From Mycobacteriales bacterium (GTDB taxonomy: Bacteria; Actinomycetota; Actinomycetes; Mycobacteriales; SCTD01), in assembly GCA_038235705.1 (NCBI GenBank), contig JBBSTR010000005.1, positions 5,294 to 69,293 of the forward strand: a DNA stretch of 64,000 nucleotides, given 5' to 3'. Made by a program: the position numbers and the translations under genes. Under the pieces are notes generated by a model, which saw only the letters and a program-made list of their open reading frames with translations, had not been told where the DNA came from and did no database searches. Shown here in pieces: positions 20,143 through 31,814 of the stretch (the first letter of the stretch is position 1; every line of letters starts with the position of its first letter).

Positions 20143-22167
20143 GTGCTCGTGGTGGGGCCCGACCTAGGCGTGGTGCACGCCAACGCCACCGCCCACCGTG
20201 ACGCCAAACGGCTCGGGGTCTCCGTCGACGACCTGGTCTTCCCGGAGCGGTACGCCGAGCTGCTCGACGGCAGCGGGACGGTCGCGGGACCGACGCTGAG
20301 CCCGATGCACGGCGCCCTGCAAGACGCGATCAGCACCGCCAACCGGCTGATCGGGGTGCGTCGCGACGGTGTCACGAGCTGGCTGGACGTCTCCGCGCAG
20401 CCTGTCCAGGAGCCCGGCGCGCTGCTGCCGATCGCGGCGGTGCTGGTCTACCGCGACGTCACGGAACGGCACGAGGCGCTGCTGGCGCTGGCCGACTCCG
20501 AGTCGCACTTCCGCTTGCTCGCCGAGAACAGCACGGACGTGGTCCAGCGCTTCTCCGCCGAGGGGCTCTGCATCTACACCTCACCGGCCGTCCGCTACAT
20601 CCTCGGCCTGGACCCCGCGGACCTGGTCGGCACGACCGGTGCACAGCGGGTGCACCCCGAGGACAAGGCGATGCACGACGCGGCGATGAGACGGCTGGTC
20701 CGCAGCCAAGAGCCCCAGCTCGTCCGCTACCGGATGCGGCACGCAGACGGTCGGTGGCTCTGGCTCGAGACCAGCGCACGGGTCGTGCCGTCGGTGGACG
20801 GCCGGGTCGGTGAGTTCCAGATGGCGACGCGGGACGTGACGGCCAGGGTGCTGGCCGAGCAGCGGCTCGCCCGACTTGCGCTCATCGACCCGTTGACCGG
20901 GCTGGCGAATCGAGCTGCGCTCGTGCAGCGGGTGGAGGAGCTGCTCGCCGCGGCAGAGGGGCTTGCCGTTCTCTTCCTGGACCTCGACAGCTTCAAGGTC
21001 GTCAACGACTCGCTCGGGCACTCCGCGGGCGACGAGGTCCTGAGGGTCCTCGCAGGACGGCTGGTCGGGGTCTGCCGTGACGACGACCTGGTCGCCCGGC
21101 TCGGCGGGGACGAGTTCGTGGTCGCTGGCTCCGGCCTCGACGCCGACGGTGCGATGCACCTGACCGGCCGGGTGCAGGCCGCCTTGGCGGTGCCGATCCT
21201 GGTGGCGGGCCACGACCTGGTCGTCTCGGCGAGCATCGGGATCCTGACGGTCGCCCCCGGCGAACGCATCAGCGCCGAGCAGGCCCTCCAGGGAGCCGAC
21301 GTCTCGATGTACGGCGCGAAGGCGCGGGGCCGCTCCCAGGCGCTCGTCTGGACCGAGCAGCTCGGGGAGCGGGCCAAGAACCGGTTGGGGCTCGAGGGGG
21401 AGCTGCGAGCCGCGTTGTCGGGCGACCAGCTGGTCGTGCACTATCAGCCGCAGGTCGACCTGCGGAACGGACGCATCGTCAGCGTCGAGGCCCTCGTCCG
21501 GTGGCAGCACCCGACCCGGGGGCTGCTGCTGCCCGGTGAGTTCCTCCCGGTGACCGAGGCTGCGGGGCTGATGGCAGACCTGGACCGGCAGGTGCTGCGT
21601 GAGGCCGCACGGCAGGTCGCTCTCTGGCGGACGAGCGCCGGCGGCGAGGAGCTCATGCTCGGGGTCAACGTGTCGTTCCAGGAGCTGGCCTTTCTCGGCT
21701 GCTCGACCCGCGTGACGGACATCCTCTCCGCCGTGCGGCTGCCGGCCTCGGCCGTGGTCCTCGAGGTGGTCGAGAGCGTGCTCCTTGACGAGGAGGGGCA
21801 CGTGCTGACCTGCCTCGACGAGCTGGCCGGACGCGGCGTCCGGTTGGCCCTGGACGACTTCGGCACGGGCGCCTCCCCGCTGCAGCACGTTCGGAGCCTG
21901 CCGGTCGACGTGCTCAAGATCGACCGGTCGTTCGTCCGGGGGCTCGGGGTGTCCCGGGTGGACGAGGCGATCGTGCGCTCGATGCACCTGCTGACCCAGG
22001 ACCTCGGGCTGGAGTGCGTCGCCGAGGGGATCGAGACGGAGCGGCAGCGTGACTGGCTGCTGAACCAAGGCATCGTCATGGCGCAGGGCTTCCTCCTGCA
22101 CCGACCGATGCCGGCGTCGGGCATCACCGCGCTGCTGACCTCCCTCCCGCCGGGCGACCGCCGGTAG
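20143..22167 (+). CDS. PAS-PAS-GGDEF-EAL c-di-GMP cyclase/phosphodiesterase
   Basis: PAS/PAC motifs, DPLTGLANR, RDDD I-site plus GGDEF, EAL, DDFGTG, KID, EGIE. True start uncertain. Confidence 0.92.
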   Translation: MLVVGPDLGVVHANATAHRDAKRLGVSVDDLVFPERYAELLDGSGTVAGPTLSPMHGALQDAISTANRLIGVRRDGVTSWLDVSAQPVQEPGALLPIAAVLVYRDVTERHEALLALADSESHFRLLAENSTDVVQRFSAEGLCIYTSPAVRYILGLDPADLVGTTGAQRVHPEDKAMHDAAMRRLVRSQEPQLVRYRMRHADGRWLWLETSARVVPSVDGRVGEFQMATRDVTARVLAEQRLARLALIDPLTGLANRAALVQRVEELLAAAEGLAVLFLDLDSFKVVNDSLGHSAGDEVLRVLAGRLVGVCRDDDLVARLGGDEFVVAGSGLDADGAMHLTGRVQAALAVPILVAGHDLVVSASIGILTVAPGERISAEQALQGADVSMYGAKARGRSQALVWTEQLGERAKNRLGLEGELRAALSGDQLVVHYQPQVDLRNGRIVSVEALVRWQHPTRGLLLPGEFLPVTEAAGLMADLDRQVLREAARQVALWRTSAGGEELMLGVNVSFQELAFLGCSTRVTDILSAVRLPASAVVLEVVESVLLDEEGHVLTCLDELAGRGVRLALDDFGTGASPLQHVRSLPVDVLKIDRSFVRGLGVSRVDEAIVRSMHLLTQDLGLECVAEGIETERQRDWLLNQGIVMAQGFLLHRPMPASGITALLTSLPPGDRR

Positions 22168-22177
22168 CGTGCCGGGC

Positions 22178-23068
22178 ATGACCTCCGACCAAGCCGTCCC
22201 GTTCGGGCGGGTGCTGACCGCGATGGTCACGCCGATGAACGAGGACGGCTCGCTCGACCTGCCTGGCGCCGCGGCCCTCGCGAGCCGTCTGGTCGACGAG
22301 GGCAACGACGGCCTGGTGATCAGCGGGACGACCGGTGAGGCCCCGACCACGAGCCGGCAGGAGAAGCGCGACCTGCTGCGCGCCGTCGTCGAGGCGGTCG
22401 GCGACCGGGCGCACGTGCTCGCCGGGGTCGGGACCAACGACACCGCGGTGAGTCTCGAGCTGTCCCGGGACGCCGCAGAGGCCGGTGCGAGCGGGCTGCT
22501 GGCCGTGACGCCGTACTACTCACGACCCTCCGACGAGGGGGTGGTGGCCCACACCGAGGCGATCGCGGGCGCGACCGACCTGCCGGTCATGCTCTACGAC
22601 ATCCCCGGGCGTACGGCGAGGGCGCTGTCCCACGAGGTGCTGCTGAGGCTCGCCGCGCACCCGCAGGTGGTCGCGGTCAAGGACGCCAAGGACGACCTGG
22701 CTGCCACCAGCCGCTTGCGGGCGGCCTGCGACCTCGCCATCTACTGCGGGACGGACGCTCTCAACCTGCCGCTGCTCGCGATCGGCGCGGTCGGGTCCGT
22801 CAGCGTGATCAGCCACCTGGTCACGCCGCGGCTGGTCGCGCTCACCCAGGCCTTCCTCGCCGGTGACGTCGCCGGGGCCACGGCGCTGCACCTGGAGCTG
22901 CAGCCGGTCTGCGACGCGATATTTCGCCACCAAGGGGTGGTCTCGATCAAGGCCGCTCTGGCCCTGCGCGGCACCCCGGCCGGACCGGTCCGGCTGCCGC
23001 AGGTCGCGCTCGACGGCGGGCAGGTCAACGTGCTCGCCGCCCATCTCAAGGCAGCAGGAGTCGCGTGA
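22178..23068 (+). CDS. dapA: 4-hydroxy-tetrahydrodipicolinate synthase
   Basis: TAMVTP, GTTGE, VTPYY, LYDIPGRT, VKDA; upstream of rnj. Confidence 0.95.
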   Translation: MTSDQAVPFGRVLTAMVTPMNEDGSLDLPGAAALASRLVDEGNDGLVISGTTGEAPTTSRQEKRDLLRAVVEAVGDRAHVLAGVGTNDTAVSLELSRDAAEAGASGLLAVTPYYSRPSDEGVVAHTEAIAGATDLPVMLYDIPGRTARALSHEVLLRLAAHPQVVAVKDAKDDLAATSRLRAACDLAIYCGTDALNLPLLAIGAVGSVSVISHLVTPRLVALTQAFLAGDVAGATALHLELQPVCDAIFRHQGVVSIKAALALRGTPAGPVRLPQVALDGGQVNVLAAHLKAAGVA

Positions 23069-24753
23069 GCCACCCTCACCCCAATCTCGGCACGCCCCCG
23101 CCGCTGGTCCCGCACGGGCTGCGTGTCGTCGCGCTCGGCGGGCTGGCCGAGATCGGCCGCAACATGACCGTCTTCGAGCATGCAGGGCGCCTGCTGATCG
23201 TCGACTGCGGCGTGCTGTTCCCCGAGGAGGACCAGCCGGGCATCGACCTGATCCTGCCCGACTTCGGCTACCTGCGGGACCGGCTCGACGACATCGAGGC
23301 CGTCGTCCTGACGCACGGGCACGAGGACCACCTGGGCGGGGTCCCCTACCTGCTCCGTGAGCGCCGCGACCTCCCGATCCTGGGCAGCCGGTTCACCTTG
23401 GCGCTGCTCGAGGCCAAGCTGAAGGAGCACCGGATCGTCCCGGTCCTCGACGTCGTGGCCGAGGAGCAGACCCGGCAGCTCGGGCCGTTCGGCCTCGAGT
23501 TCTTCGCCGTCAACCACTCGATCCCGGACGCTCTCGCCGTCGCGATCCGCACGCAGGCCGGGCTCGTGCTGCACACCGGCGACTTCAAGATGGACCAGCT
23601 GCCGCTCGACGGACGTCTCACCGACCTCGGCGGCTTCGCCCGGCTCGGCAAGGAGGGCGTCGACCTGCTGCTCAGCGACTCCACCAACGCCGAGGTGCCC
23701 GGCTTCGTCACTCCGGAGCGGGAGATCGGGCCGGTCATCGACGAGGTCATGCGCACCTCGAGCGGCCGGGTCATCGTCGCGTGCTTCGCCAGCCACGTGC
23801 ACCGGGTGCAGCAGGTGCTCGACGCCGCGCACGCCCACGGGCGCCACGTCGCTTTCGTCGGCCGCTCGATGGTCCGCAACATGGGGGTGGCACGAGACCT
23901 CGGCATCCTGAACGTGCCACCCGGCCTCATGATCGACATGAAGGACGTCGAGGCTCTGCCCGACGACCGCGTCGTGCTGGTCTCGACCGGCTCTCAGGGC
24001 GAGCCGATGTCCGCGCTGTCCAGGATGGCGAACCGTAGCCACCACCAGGTGCGGATCCAGGCCCAGGACACCGTGGTTCTCGCCAGCTCGCTGATCCCGG
24101 GCAACGAGAACGCCGTCTACCGGGTGATCAACGGCCTGTCCCGCTGGGGTGCCCGCGTGGTGCACAAGGGCGTTGCCAAGGTGCACGTCTCCGGGCACGC
24201 GCCCGCCGGTGAGCTGATCTACCTGCTGAACGCGACGAAGCCGAGCAACCTCATGCCGGTGCACGGTGAGTGGCGTCACCTGCGCGCCCATGCGGCGCTC
24301 GGCCGCCTGACCGGGGTGCCGGAGGGCAACATCGTGCTCGCCGAGGACGGAGTGGTCGTCGACCTGGTCGACGGTCAGGCGAGCATCGTCGGGGCGGTGC
24401 CGTGCGGCTACGTCTACGTGGACGGCCTCGAGGTCGGTGACGTCACCGAGGTCACGCTCAAGGACCGACTCATCCTCGGCGAGGAGGGCTTCGTGTCGAT
24501 CACCATCGCGCTCGACAGCACGACCGGCGAGCTGTCCGGTGAGCCGATCATCAGCGCTCGAGGATTCTCCGACGACCCGCGAGCCTTCGACCCGGTGCGT
24601 GAGCTGATCACCAAAGAGCTGGCCAAGCACGCCAGGGAGGGTGTTTCCGACGCCCATCAGGTCGCGCAGTCGGTCCGACGGGTCGCGGCTCGGTGGGTGG
24701 GCGACACCTACCGCCGCCGCCCGATGATCGTCCCGGTCGTCATCGAGGTCTAG
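23065..24753 (+). CDS. rnj: Ribonuclease J
   Basis: LGGLAEIGRNM, THGHEDH, HVSGH, PVHGE. Confidence 0.97.
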   Translation: MSHPHPNLGTPPPLVPHGLRVVALGGLAEIGRNMTVFEHAGRLLIVDCGVLFPEEDQPGIDLILPDFGYLRDRLDDIEAVVLTHGHEDHLGGVPYLLRERRDLPILGSRFTLALLEAKLKEHRIVPVLDVVAEEQTRQLGPFGLEFFAVNHSIPDALAVAIRTQAGLVLHTGDFKMDQLPLDGRLTDLGGFARLGKEGVDLLLSDSTNAEVPGFVTPEREIGPVIDEVMRTSSGRVIVACFASHVHRVQQVLDAAHAHGRHVAFVGRSMVRNMGVARDLGILNVPPGLMIDMKDVEALPDDRVVLVSTGSQGEPMSALSRMANRSHHQVRIQAQDTVVLASSLIPGNENAVYRVINGLSRWGARVVHKGVAKVHVSGHAPAGELIYLLNATKPSNLMPVHGEWRHLRAHAALGRLTGVPEGNIVLAEDGVVVDLVDGQASIVGAVPCGYVYVDGLEVGDVTEVTLKDRLILGEEGFVSITIALDSTTGELSGEPIISARGFSDDPRAFDPVRELITKELAKHAREGVSDAHQVAQSVRRVAARWVGDTYRRRPMIVPVVIEV

Positions 24754-24864
24754 CGTCCGCCCGACGCGGCCCGCCTCACGAGGGCGGAGCGGAGGTACGG
24801 CGTGCGTCCCCGTCACCGGTGAGGCTGCTGTGACTCCTGGTGCTGGCGAGGTAACGTCCGCACC

Positions 24865-27357
24865 ATGGCCACCCGTACGCCCGCGTCCTCCCGTCCCCGT
24901 GCCACCGGCTCGGGGCGTCCGGCGACGGTCGCGAAGAAGTCTCCGGCTGCCCGCACGTCGACGGCCGGGAAGGCTTCGGCCGCCCGCGGGCCGCGGAAGG
25001 CTCCGACCAAGAAGGCGCCCGTCAGGGCTGCGTCCAGCCGGCCCGCCGGCCCGGGCGCCGTCCTCAACGGGGTCGAGGCGGTCGGCGGCGCCGTCCTGGC
25101 GCTGCTGACCGGGCTCGTCCGCGGGATCGCCGCGCTGCTCGGTCTGCTCGCGCGTGGGGTCGGCTCGGCCGTGCGCGGCGTCGGCGGGCAGGAGAACGGC
25201 GAGCTGCTCGACCGGGTGCACCGGCGTGACGGGCTCGGCCTGACCCTCGTCGCTGCTGCCCTGGTCGCTGCCGGCGGGGTCTGGTGGCAAGCGGGCGTGC
25301 TCGGCCAGGGTGTCGCGGACCTGCTCGCCGGGACCCTCGGGCGCGGGGCCCAGCTGCTCCCGCTCGTGCTGCTGGTCGCCGGCGTGATGGTGCTGCTGCG
25401 ACCCGCCGAGCCGGACCAGACCGGCCGTCGGGTGATCGGCTGGTCCGCCCTGACGCTCGGGCTGCTCGGGGTGCTGCACGTCCTGACCGGCGGCGGGCTC
25501 GGTTCGCGCGGCGGTCTCGTCGGCTTCCTGCTGGGGGAGCCGGCCCGCGCCGGTCTCACCGCCTGGCTGGCCGTCCCGGTGCTCCTGCTGCTCGCGGCCT
25601 TCGGGCTCCTGGTCGTGACGGCCACGCCGGTGCACCAGGTGCCGGCGGCGCTCAAGGCGCTCCGTGACCGGCTGCTGCTCAGGCCCGAACCGGTGGTCGA
25701 CGCCCCGACCGAGCCGCTGGAACCGCTGATCCGCCGACGCCCGCGCAACCGTCAGGGGTCGCTGGCGCGGCAGACCGAGCCGGTGGACTCGAGCCCGGTG
25801 GTGCTCGACCCGGCACCCGTCCCACGCCTGGAGCCGTCCCCGCCCCCGCACACGCCCGCCCCCGTGACGAGCGAGCAGCTGGTGCTCAAGGGCGACTACG
25901 CGCTGCCGCCCATGGACCTGCTCGGCGCCGGCACCCCGCCGAAGACCCGCAGCGCCGCCAACGACGAGATCATCCGGGCCCTGTCCCAGGTGCTGGTCGA
26001 CTTCCAGGTCGACGCCGCCGTCACCGGCTTCAGCCGCGGTCCGACGGTCACCCGCTACGAGATCGAGCTCGGTCCGGCGGTCAAGGTGGAGCGGATCAAG
26101 ACCCTGCAGCGCAACATCGCCTACGCGGTCAAGAGCCCGGACGTGCGCATCATCGACGTCATCCCCGGCAAGAGCGCGATCGGGATCGAGATCCCGAACA
26201 CCGACCGGGAGAACGTCAGCCTGGGGGACATCCTGCGCTCGCGGGCGGCGACGGACGACCACCACCCGATGCTGGTCGCGCTGGGTAAGGACATCGAGGG
26301 TGGCTTCGTCTGCGCCAACATCGCGAAGACACCGCACATCCTCATCGCCGGTGCGACCGGCGCCGGCAAGAGCGTCTGCATCAACAGCCTGCTCGTCTCG
26401 ATCCTCACCCGGGCGACCCCGGACGAGGTGCGGATGGTGCTGGTGGACCCCAAGCGCGTCGAGCTCACCGCGTACGAGGGGATCCCGCACCTCATCACGC
26501 CGATCATCACGAGCCCCAAGAAGGCGGCCGAGGCGCTGCAGTGGGTCGTGCGGGAGATGGACCTGCGCTACGACGACCTCGCGGCCAGCGGCTACCGCCA
26601 CGTCGACGACTTCAACCAGGCCGTCCGCGACGGCAAGCTGGTCGCCCCGGAGAACAGCGAGCGGGTCTACAAGCCGTACCCCTACCTGCTGGTCGTCATC
26701 GACGAGCTGGCCGACCTCATGATGGTCGCCCCGCGTGACGTCGAGGACTCGATCGTGCGGATCACCCAGCTGGCCCGCGCCGCCGGGATCCACCTGGTGA
26801 TCGCCACGCAGCGGCCGAGCGTCGACGTCGTGACGGGTCTGATCAAGGCCAACGTGCCGTCCCGGCTCGCCTTCGCGACCTCCAGCGGCACTGACAGCAA
26901 GGTCATCCTGGACCAGCCCGGGGCGGAGAAGCTGATCGGCAAGGGCGACTCGCTGTTCCTGCCCATGGGGGCGAGCAAGCCGCTGCGCGTGCAGGGCGCA
27001 CTCGTCACCGACGCCGAGGTGCAGGCGGTCGTGGACCACGTCAAGGGCCAGCGGCAGCCGGCTTTCCGGGAGGACGTGCAGGTCGCACCGCAGAGCACCC
27101 GCGAGGTGGACGCCGACATCGGGGACGACCTCGACGTGCTGTGCCAAGCGGTCGAGCTGGTGGTCAGCACCCAGTTCGGGTCGACCTCGATGTTGCAGCG
27201 CAAGCTGCGGGTCGGGTTCGCCAAGGCCGGGCGGCTCATGGACCTGATGGAGAGCAGGGCAGTGGTCGGACCGTCCGAGGGGAGCAAGGCCCGTGACGTC
27301 CTGGTGCGGCCGGAGGACCTTGCCGACCTGCTGGACACTCTGCGCGGCGGGGGCTGA
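24865..27357 (+). CDS. ftsK: DNA translocase FtsK
   Basis: N-terminal TM region, [22 protein letters not shown], gamma domain [19 protein letters not shown]. Confidence 0.97.
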   Translation: MATRTPASSRPRATGSGRPATVAKKSPAARTSTAGKASAARGPRKAPTKKAPVRAASSRPAGPGAVLNGVEAVGGAVLALLTGLVRGIAALLGLLARGVGSAVRGVGGQENGELLDRVHRRDGLGLTLVAAALVAAGGVWWQAGVLGQGVADLLAGTLGRGAQLLPLVLLVAGVMVLLRPAEPDQTGRRVIGWSALTLGLLGVLHVLTGGGLGSRGGLVGFLLGEPARAGLTAWLAVPVLLLLAAFGLLVVTATPVHQVPAALKALRDRLLLRPEPVVDAPTEPLEPLIRRRPRNRQGSLARQTEPVDSSPVVLDPAPVPRLEPSPPPHTPAPVTSEQLVLKGDYALPPMDLLGAGTPPKTRSAANDEIIRALSQVLVDFQVDAAVTGFSRGPTVTRYEIELGPAVKVERIKTLQRNIAYAVKSPDVRIIDVIPGKSAIGIEIPNTDRENVSLGDILRSRAATDDHHPMLVALGKDIEGGFVCANIAKTPHILIAGATGAGKSVCINSLLVSILTRATPDEVRMVLVDPKRVELTAYEGIPHLITPIITSPKKAAEALQWVVREMDLRYDDLAASGYRHVDDFNQAVRDGKLVAPENSERVYKPYPYLLVVIDELADLMMVAPRDVEDSIVRITQLARAAGIHLVIATQRPSVDVVTGLIKANVPSRLAFATSSGTDSKVILDQPGAEKLIGKGDSLFLPMGASKPLRVQGALVTDAEVQAVVDHVKGQRQPAFREDVQVAPQSTREVDADIGDDLDVLCQAVELVVSTQFGSTSMLQRKLRVGFAKAGRLMDLMESRAVVGPSEGSKARDVLVRPEDLADLLDTLRGGG

Positions 27358-27402
27358 AAGGCGCTGACCGCAGGTCCGCCCAGCGCCGCCTAGACTCGTC
27401 GG

Positions 27403-28812
27403 GTGAGTGCCCGTGGACGTGTTGCCCTGACCACGCTCGGCTGCGCCCGCAACGAGGTCGACTCAGAGGAGCTCGCCGGACGTCTCACCGCGGCCGGCTG
27501 GCAGCTCGTCGAGGACGGCGCCGAGGCCGACGTGGCCGTCGTCAACACCTGTGGGTTCGTCGAGCAGGCCAAGAAGGACTCGATCGACACCCTGCTCGCC
27601 GCGGCTGACACCGGCGTCAAGGTGGTCGCGGTCGGCTGTCTCGCCGAGCGCTATGGGGAGCAGCTGGCGGCCCAGCTGCCCGAGGCCGACGCGGTGCTCG
27701 GATTCGACTCGTATGTGGACCTGAGCACCCACCTGTCCGCCGTCCTGGACGGCACGCCGGTGCCGAGCCACACCCCGGGAGACCGCCGCAAGTTGTTGCC
27801 GATCAGCCCGGTGGCCCGTCAGGAGCCGGCCGCTCAGCTCGACGTAGGCATCCCCGGGCACGCGGGCGGGCCGACGGTCGTGCGTCGGCGTCTCTCAGGC
27901 GGTCCCGTCGCGCCGCTCAAGCTGGCCTCCGGCTGCGACCGGCGTTGCGCCTTCTGCGCGATCCCGAGCTTTCGCGGCTCCTTCGTCAGCCGGCGCCCGT
28001 CGGACGTGCTCGCCGAGGCGCGTTGGCTCGCCGACGACGGCGTGCGCGAGCTCGTGCTGGTGAGCGAGAACAGCACGTCGTACGGCAAGGACCTCGGCGA
28101 CCTGCGTCTGCTCGAGTCGCTGCTCCCGGCGCTGGCCGACCTTGACGGGATCGAGCGGGTGCGGCTGTCTTACCTGCAGCCGGCGGAGACCCGTCAGAGC
28201 CTGATCGAGGTGCTCGCCGGGACTCCCGGCGTGGTGCCCTACTTCGATCTCAGCTTCCAGCACAGCTCGGCGAGCGTTCTGCGCCGGATGCGCCGGTTCG
28301 GCGACACCGACTCCTTCCTGACCCTGCTGGGCTCGGTCCGTGCGCTCGCGCCGACCGCCGGGGTGCGCAGCAATGTCATCGTCGGGTTCCCTGGCGAGAC
28401 GGAGGCCGACGTGGACGAGCTGGAGCGGTTCCTGGTGGAAGGCCGGCTCGACGTCGTCGGGGTCTTCGGCTACTCCGACGAGGACGGCACCGAGGCTGAG
28501 CGCCTGCCGGACCACCTGCCCGAGCAGGTTGTGCTCGAGCGGGTCGCGCGTCTGACCGCCCTGGTCGAGGAGCTCACCGCCCAGCGCGCCGAGGAGCGGC
28601 TCGGGGAGACCGTGACGGTGCTGGTGGAGGACCCGGGCGGCGAGGGACGCGCCGAGCACCAGGCACCGGAGGTGGACGGCAGCACGCAGCTCGTCGGGGA
28701 CAGGACGTTCCTGGTGGGGGAGAGCGTGCAGGCGCTCGTCACCGGCAGCGAGGGCGTCGACCTGGTCGCGAGCCCGGTCGCGTCACGTCAACGGTCGGCG
28801 GCCGCTCGGTGA
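27403..28812 (+). CDS. rimO: Ribosomal protein S12 methylthiotransferase
   Basis: [26 protein letters not shown] radical SAM motif, APEVDG. Confidence 0.95.
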   Translation: MSARGRVALTTLGCARNEVDSEELAGRLTAAGWQLVEDGAEADVAVVNTCGFVEQAKKDSIDTLLAAADTGVKVVAVGCLAERYGEQLAAQLPEADAVLGFDSYVDLSTHLSAVLDGTPVPSHTPGDRRKLLPISPVARQEPAAQLDVGIPGHAGGPTVVRRRLSGGPVAPLKLASGCDRRCAFCAIPSFRGSFVSRRPSDVLAEARWLADDGVRELVLVSENSTSYGKDLGDLRLLESLLPALADLDGIERVRLSYLQPAETRQSLIEVLAGTPGVVPYFDLSFQHSSASVLRRMRRFGDTDSFLTLLGSVRALAPTAGVRSNVIVGFPGETEADVDELERFLVEGRLDVVGVFGYSDEDGTEAERLPDHLPEQVVLERVARLTALVEELTAQRAEERLGETVTVLVEDPGGEGRAEHQAPEVDGSTQLVGDRTFLVGESVQALVTGSEGVDLVASPVASRQRSAAAR

Positions 28813-29480
28813 GCCAGGCGGCCCGGTCGTTCGGCCACGAGCCGACGAACGGTGAGCCCGACCACCTGGCCGACCCACCGGCCCGGGTCTCGGTCGTCAA
28901 CCTGCCCAACGGCCTGACCGTCCTGCGTCTGCTCCTCGTCCCGGTCTTCGCCGCGCTGCTGCTCGCCCGTGAGGGACAGGACGACCTGTTGCGGGCCGCT
29001 GCCTGGGGCGTCTTCGCCCTGGCTGCCTGGACCGACAGCCTGGACGGCAAGATCGCCCGGGCCCGAGGCCTGGTGACCTCGTTCGGCAAGCTGGCCGACC
29101 CGATCGCCGACAAGGCGCTGACCGGCGCCGCGCTGATCGGCTTGTCGTCCCTGGACGAGCTGCCGTGGTGGGTGACGGTGCTGGTCCTGGTGCGCGAGGT
29201 CGGCGTGACCCTGTTGAGGTTCTGGGTGATCCGCCACGGCGTGATCTCGGCCAGCCGCGGCGGCAAGCTCAAGACCTTGCTGCAGGGTGTCGCGATCGGG
29301 CTCTACGTCCTCCCGCTGTCCGGCCTGTTCGGCACGGGCCGGGCGATCATCATGACGCTGGCGGTCCTCGTCACGGTCGTGACCGGCCTGGACTACGTCG
29401 CCCGTGCGGTGCGCCTGCGTCGCACCAGCCCCCGTGCGGAGATGAAGCGCGCCCGTCGGGCCGCCCGGGACCTCGCGTGA
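28809..29480 (+). CDS. pgsA: CDP-diacylglycerol--glycerol-3-phosphate 3-phosphatidyltransferase
   Basis: [16 protein letters not shown]...[13 protein letters not shown]-alcohol phosphotransferase motif. Confidence 0.95.
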   Translation: MSQAARSFGHEPTNGEPDHLADPPARVSVVNLPNGLTVLRLLLVPVFAALLLAREGQDDLLRAAAWGVFALAAWTDSLDGKIARARGLVTSFGKLADPIADKALTGAALIGLSSLDELPWWVTVLVLVREVGVTLLRFWVIRHGVISASRGGKLKTLLQGVAIGLYVLPLSGLFGTGRAIIMTLAVLVTVVTGLDYVARAVRLRRTSPRAEMKRARRAARDLA

Positions 29481-30706
29481 GCACGGTGCTCGGGGCGGTG
29501 GTGGCGGTCGGCGACGAGCTGCTGCTCGGCGACATCGTCAACACCAACGCGGCCTGGCTCGGCGAGGCCCTCGCCGGGGTCGGTGTGCACGTGGTGCACA
29601 GCGCTGCTGTCGGCGACCACGTGGGTCGGCTCGTCACCGCGCTGCGGCGCGCGCTCGAGGACGCCGACGTCGTCGTGGTGACCGGCGGGCTCGGCCCGAC
29701 GGTCGACGACCTCACGCGGGACGCGCTGGCGGTCGTCGGTGGCGCCCCGCTCGAACGGCAGGCAGCGCTCGAGCAGGAGCTGCGGGACAGGTTCGACGGC
29801 TTCGGGATCGCGATGCCCGAGCAGGTGCTGCGTCAGGCTGACGTCCCGCGCGGGGCCCGGACTCTCGCCAACCCCGTCGGTTCGGCGTACGGCCTGCGAC
29901 TGCTCGTCGACGACCACGTCGTCTACGCGCTGCCCGGCCCGCCGCACGAGCTGCAGGCGGTGATGGCCGGCGGGGTCCTGCCCGAGCTGGCGAGACGGAC
30001 CCAGAGCCGGGTCACCACGCGCACGCTGCGCTGCTCGGGGGTGGGGGAGTCCGAGGTCGCGGAGCGGGTCGAGCGGGCGCTCGGGGTGATACCGGTCGGC
30101 GTCGACCTGGCCTACCTGGCCGGGAGCGGCGTCGTGCGCGTGCGGCTCAGCACCGACGGCGACCCGGCGGCGCTCGGCCCGCTGCTCGCGCGCGCCGCGT
30201 CGGCGCTCGGTTCCGACGTCTGGGGCCGAGACGGTGACGACCTGCCCGAGGTCGTGCTCGCCCGGCTCGTCGCGCGTGGACAGACGGTGGCGACCGCCGA
30301 GTCGTTCACCGGCGGGCTGCTGGCCGCCGCCCTGACCGGGGTGCCGGGGGCCTCGCGCGCCTATCGAGGGGGGCTCGTCCCCTACGCCACCGACCTCAAG
30401 GTCTCGCTGCTCGGCGTTGCGCAGGAGGTCGTGGAGCAGCACGGGGCGGTGTCGGCGCAGGCTGCGGCCGCGCTCGCCGAGGGTGCTCGCACCCGGACAG
30501 GCGCGACCTGGGGGCTCGCCACGACCGGCGTCGCCGGGCCGGACGAGCAGGAGGGCCAGCCGGTGGGCACGGTGCATCTTGCCGTGGCCGGCCCGGACGG
30601 CACCCGGGTGCTGAGCCGTCGGCTGCCGGGCGACCGGGACCGGGTCCGTGTGCTCGCGAGCGTGACGCTGCTGGACCAGCTGCGTCGGGCGTTGGACGCG
30701 TGCTGA
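29477..30706 (+). CDS. cinA: CinA (molybdopterin-binding-like plus PncC NMN deamidase domains)
   Basis: [42 protein letters not shown]. Confidence 0.93.
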   Translation: MSTVLGAVVAVGDELLLGDIVNTNAAWLGEALAGVGVHVVHSAAVGDHVGRLVTALRRALEDADVVVVTGGLGPTVDDLTRDALAVVGGAPLERQAALEQELRDRFDGFGIAMPEQVLRQADVPRGARTLANPVGSAYGLRLLVDDHVVYALPGPPHELQAVMAGGVLPELARRTQSRVTTRTLRCSGVGESEVAERVERALGVIPVGVDLAYLAGSGVVRVRLSTDGDPAALGPLLARAASALGSDVWGRDGDDLPEVVLARLVARGQTVATAESFTGGLLAAALTGVPGASRAYRGGLVPYATDLKVSLLGVAQEVVEQHGAVSAQAAAALAEGARTRTGATWGLATTGVAGPDEQEGQPVGTVHLAVAGPDGTRVLSRRLPGDRDRVRVLASVTLLDQLRRALDAC

Positions 30707-30726
30707 GCACCCGGTCGAGCGGCCCG

Positions 30727-30743
30727 CTACGCCGACAGCGCAA
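30727..30743 (+). promoter_or_regulatory. Candidate ClgR operator (CGC-N5-GCG)
   Basis: CGC CGACA GCG at 30730-30740, upstream of TACGGT (30780-30785) and the clgR-like gene. Short motif in high-GC DNA. Confidence 0.35.
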
Positions 30744-30830
30744 TGCTTCGGCCCTGATGCCACGCGCCCGGTCGGCGGGTACGGTGTGCGACATCGGATC
30801 GACGACGCGAGCGGCGCGGAGGTGAGGCGG

Positions 30831-31169
30831 GTGGCGGTGCTCCGCACCCTGATCGGGGAGTCGCTGCGCGCGACACGCCAGGAGCAGGACCGCACCCTGC
30901 GCGAGGTGAGCGGGATGGCTCAGGTCAGCCTCGGTTACCTGTCCGAGGTCGAGCGGGGCGAGAAGGAAGCCAGCTCCGAGCTGCTGGCCAGCATCTGCCG
31001 TGCGTTGGGGGTCCGCCTCTCCGACGTCCTGCGCGACGTCAGCGAGACGCTCGCACGGGTGGAGCCCGAGCCGCTGGCCGTCCGTCACCTCGTCGATGCG
31101 GCGCGACGCCCCGCGGAGGTCAGGACGCTGCCGACCGCCCGGGACACCGACGTCGTCGCGGCCGCCTGA
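30831..31169 (+). CDS. clgR: ClgR-like XRE transcriptional activator
   Basis: [39 protein letters not shown]; GGAGG SD; between cinA and pspA. Confidence 0.85.
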   Translation: MAVLRTLIGESLRATRQEQDRTLREVSGMAQVSLGYLSEVERGEKEASSELLASICRALGVRLSDVLRDVSETLARVEPEPLAVRHLVDAARRPAEVRTLPTARDTDVVAAA

Positions 31170-31195
31170 GCGCGTCGGCCGGTTCGCGCCGGGCG

Positions 31196-31765
31196 GTGAC
31201 GTCGTCCGGCTCGCGCCGCGACGCCGGGTTCGACCGCACACAGACGGCGGTGCTGGAAGGCGCCGCCCGCTGTTTCGCCAGGGTCGGCGTGCGGGGCACG
31301 ACGATGCAGGACGTCGCCCATGAGGCTGGGGTGGCCAAGGGCACGCTCTACAACCATGTGCGCACCAAGCCGGACCTGCTGCGTGCGCTGGTCGTGCACC
31401 GGGTCCGGTCGATGACGCGGGCGGCCTGCGAGCTGTCTGCGCAAGAGGGGCTCGGGGCTGCGCTGCGGCTGGTCTGCGAGCAGCTCGTGACGGACCAGGC
31501 CCTGGTGGCGGTCCGTGAGCGAGAGCCGGAGCAGCTGCTGCCTCTGCTCGCCCCGTGGTCCGGCGCCGGGTGGGACGAGGCACGGGCCGGGTGCGCCGCG
31601 GTGCTGTCCGCGGACCACCGCAGCAGTGGCGAGGACGCCGTCGGTGTCGTGCTCCGCCAGGTGTTGCAGGCGGTGCTGTGGCCCCGCGAACCGGGCGAGG
31701 ACACCGACGTCGTGGCCGAGGTGCTGGCGCGCCGCGACGTCGCCGCGGGATACCTGGCACAGTGA
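31196..31765 (+). CDS. TetR/AcrR family regulator
   Basis: [27 protein letters not shown]. Confidence 0.85.
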   Translation: MTSSGSRRDAGFDRTQTAVLEGAARCFARVGVRGTTMQDVAHEAGVAKGTLYNHVRTKPDLLRALVVHRVRSMTRAACELSAQEGLGAALRLVCEQLVTDQALVAVREREPEQLLPLLAPWSGAGWDEARAGCAAVLSADHRSSGEDAVGVVLRQVLQAVLWPREPGEDTDVVAEVLARRDVAAGYLAQ

Positions 31766-31814
31766 CAGGCCCGGCCGGTCGCACGGCACCGCCGCAACGC
31801 GAGGAGCTGCACTG

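Noticed and set aside
22741-27147. 1468-aa minus-strand ORF (likewise 5433-7667, 18040-19908, 30396-32798, 53615-56098)
   Set aside because: Antisense shadows of well-supported genes; long stop-free reverse frames are expected at this GC content and show no domain motifs.
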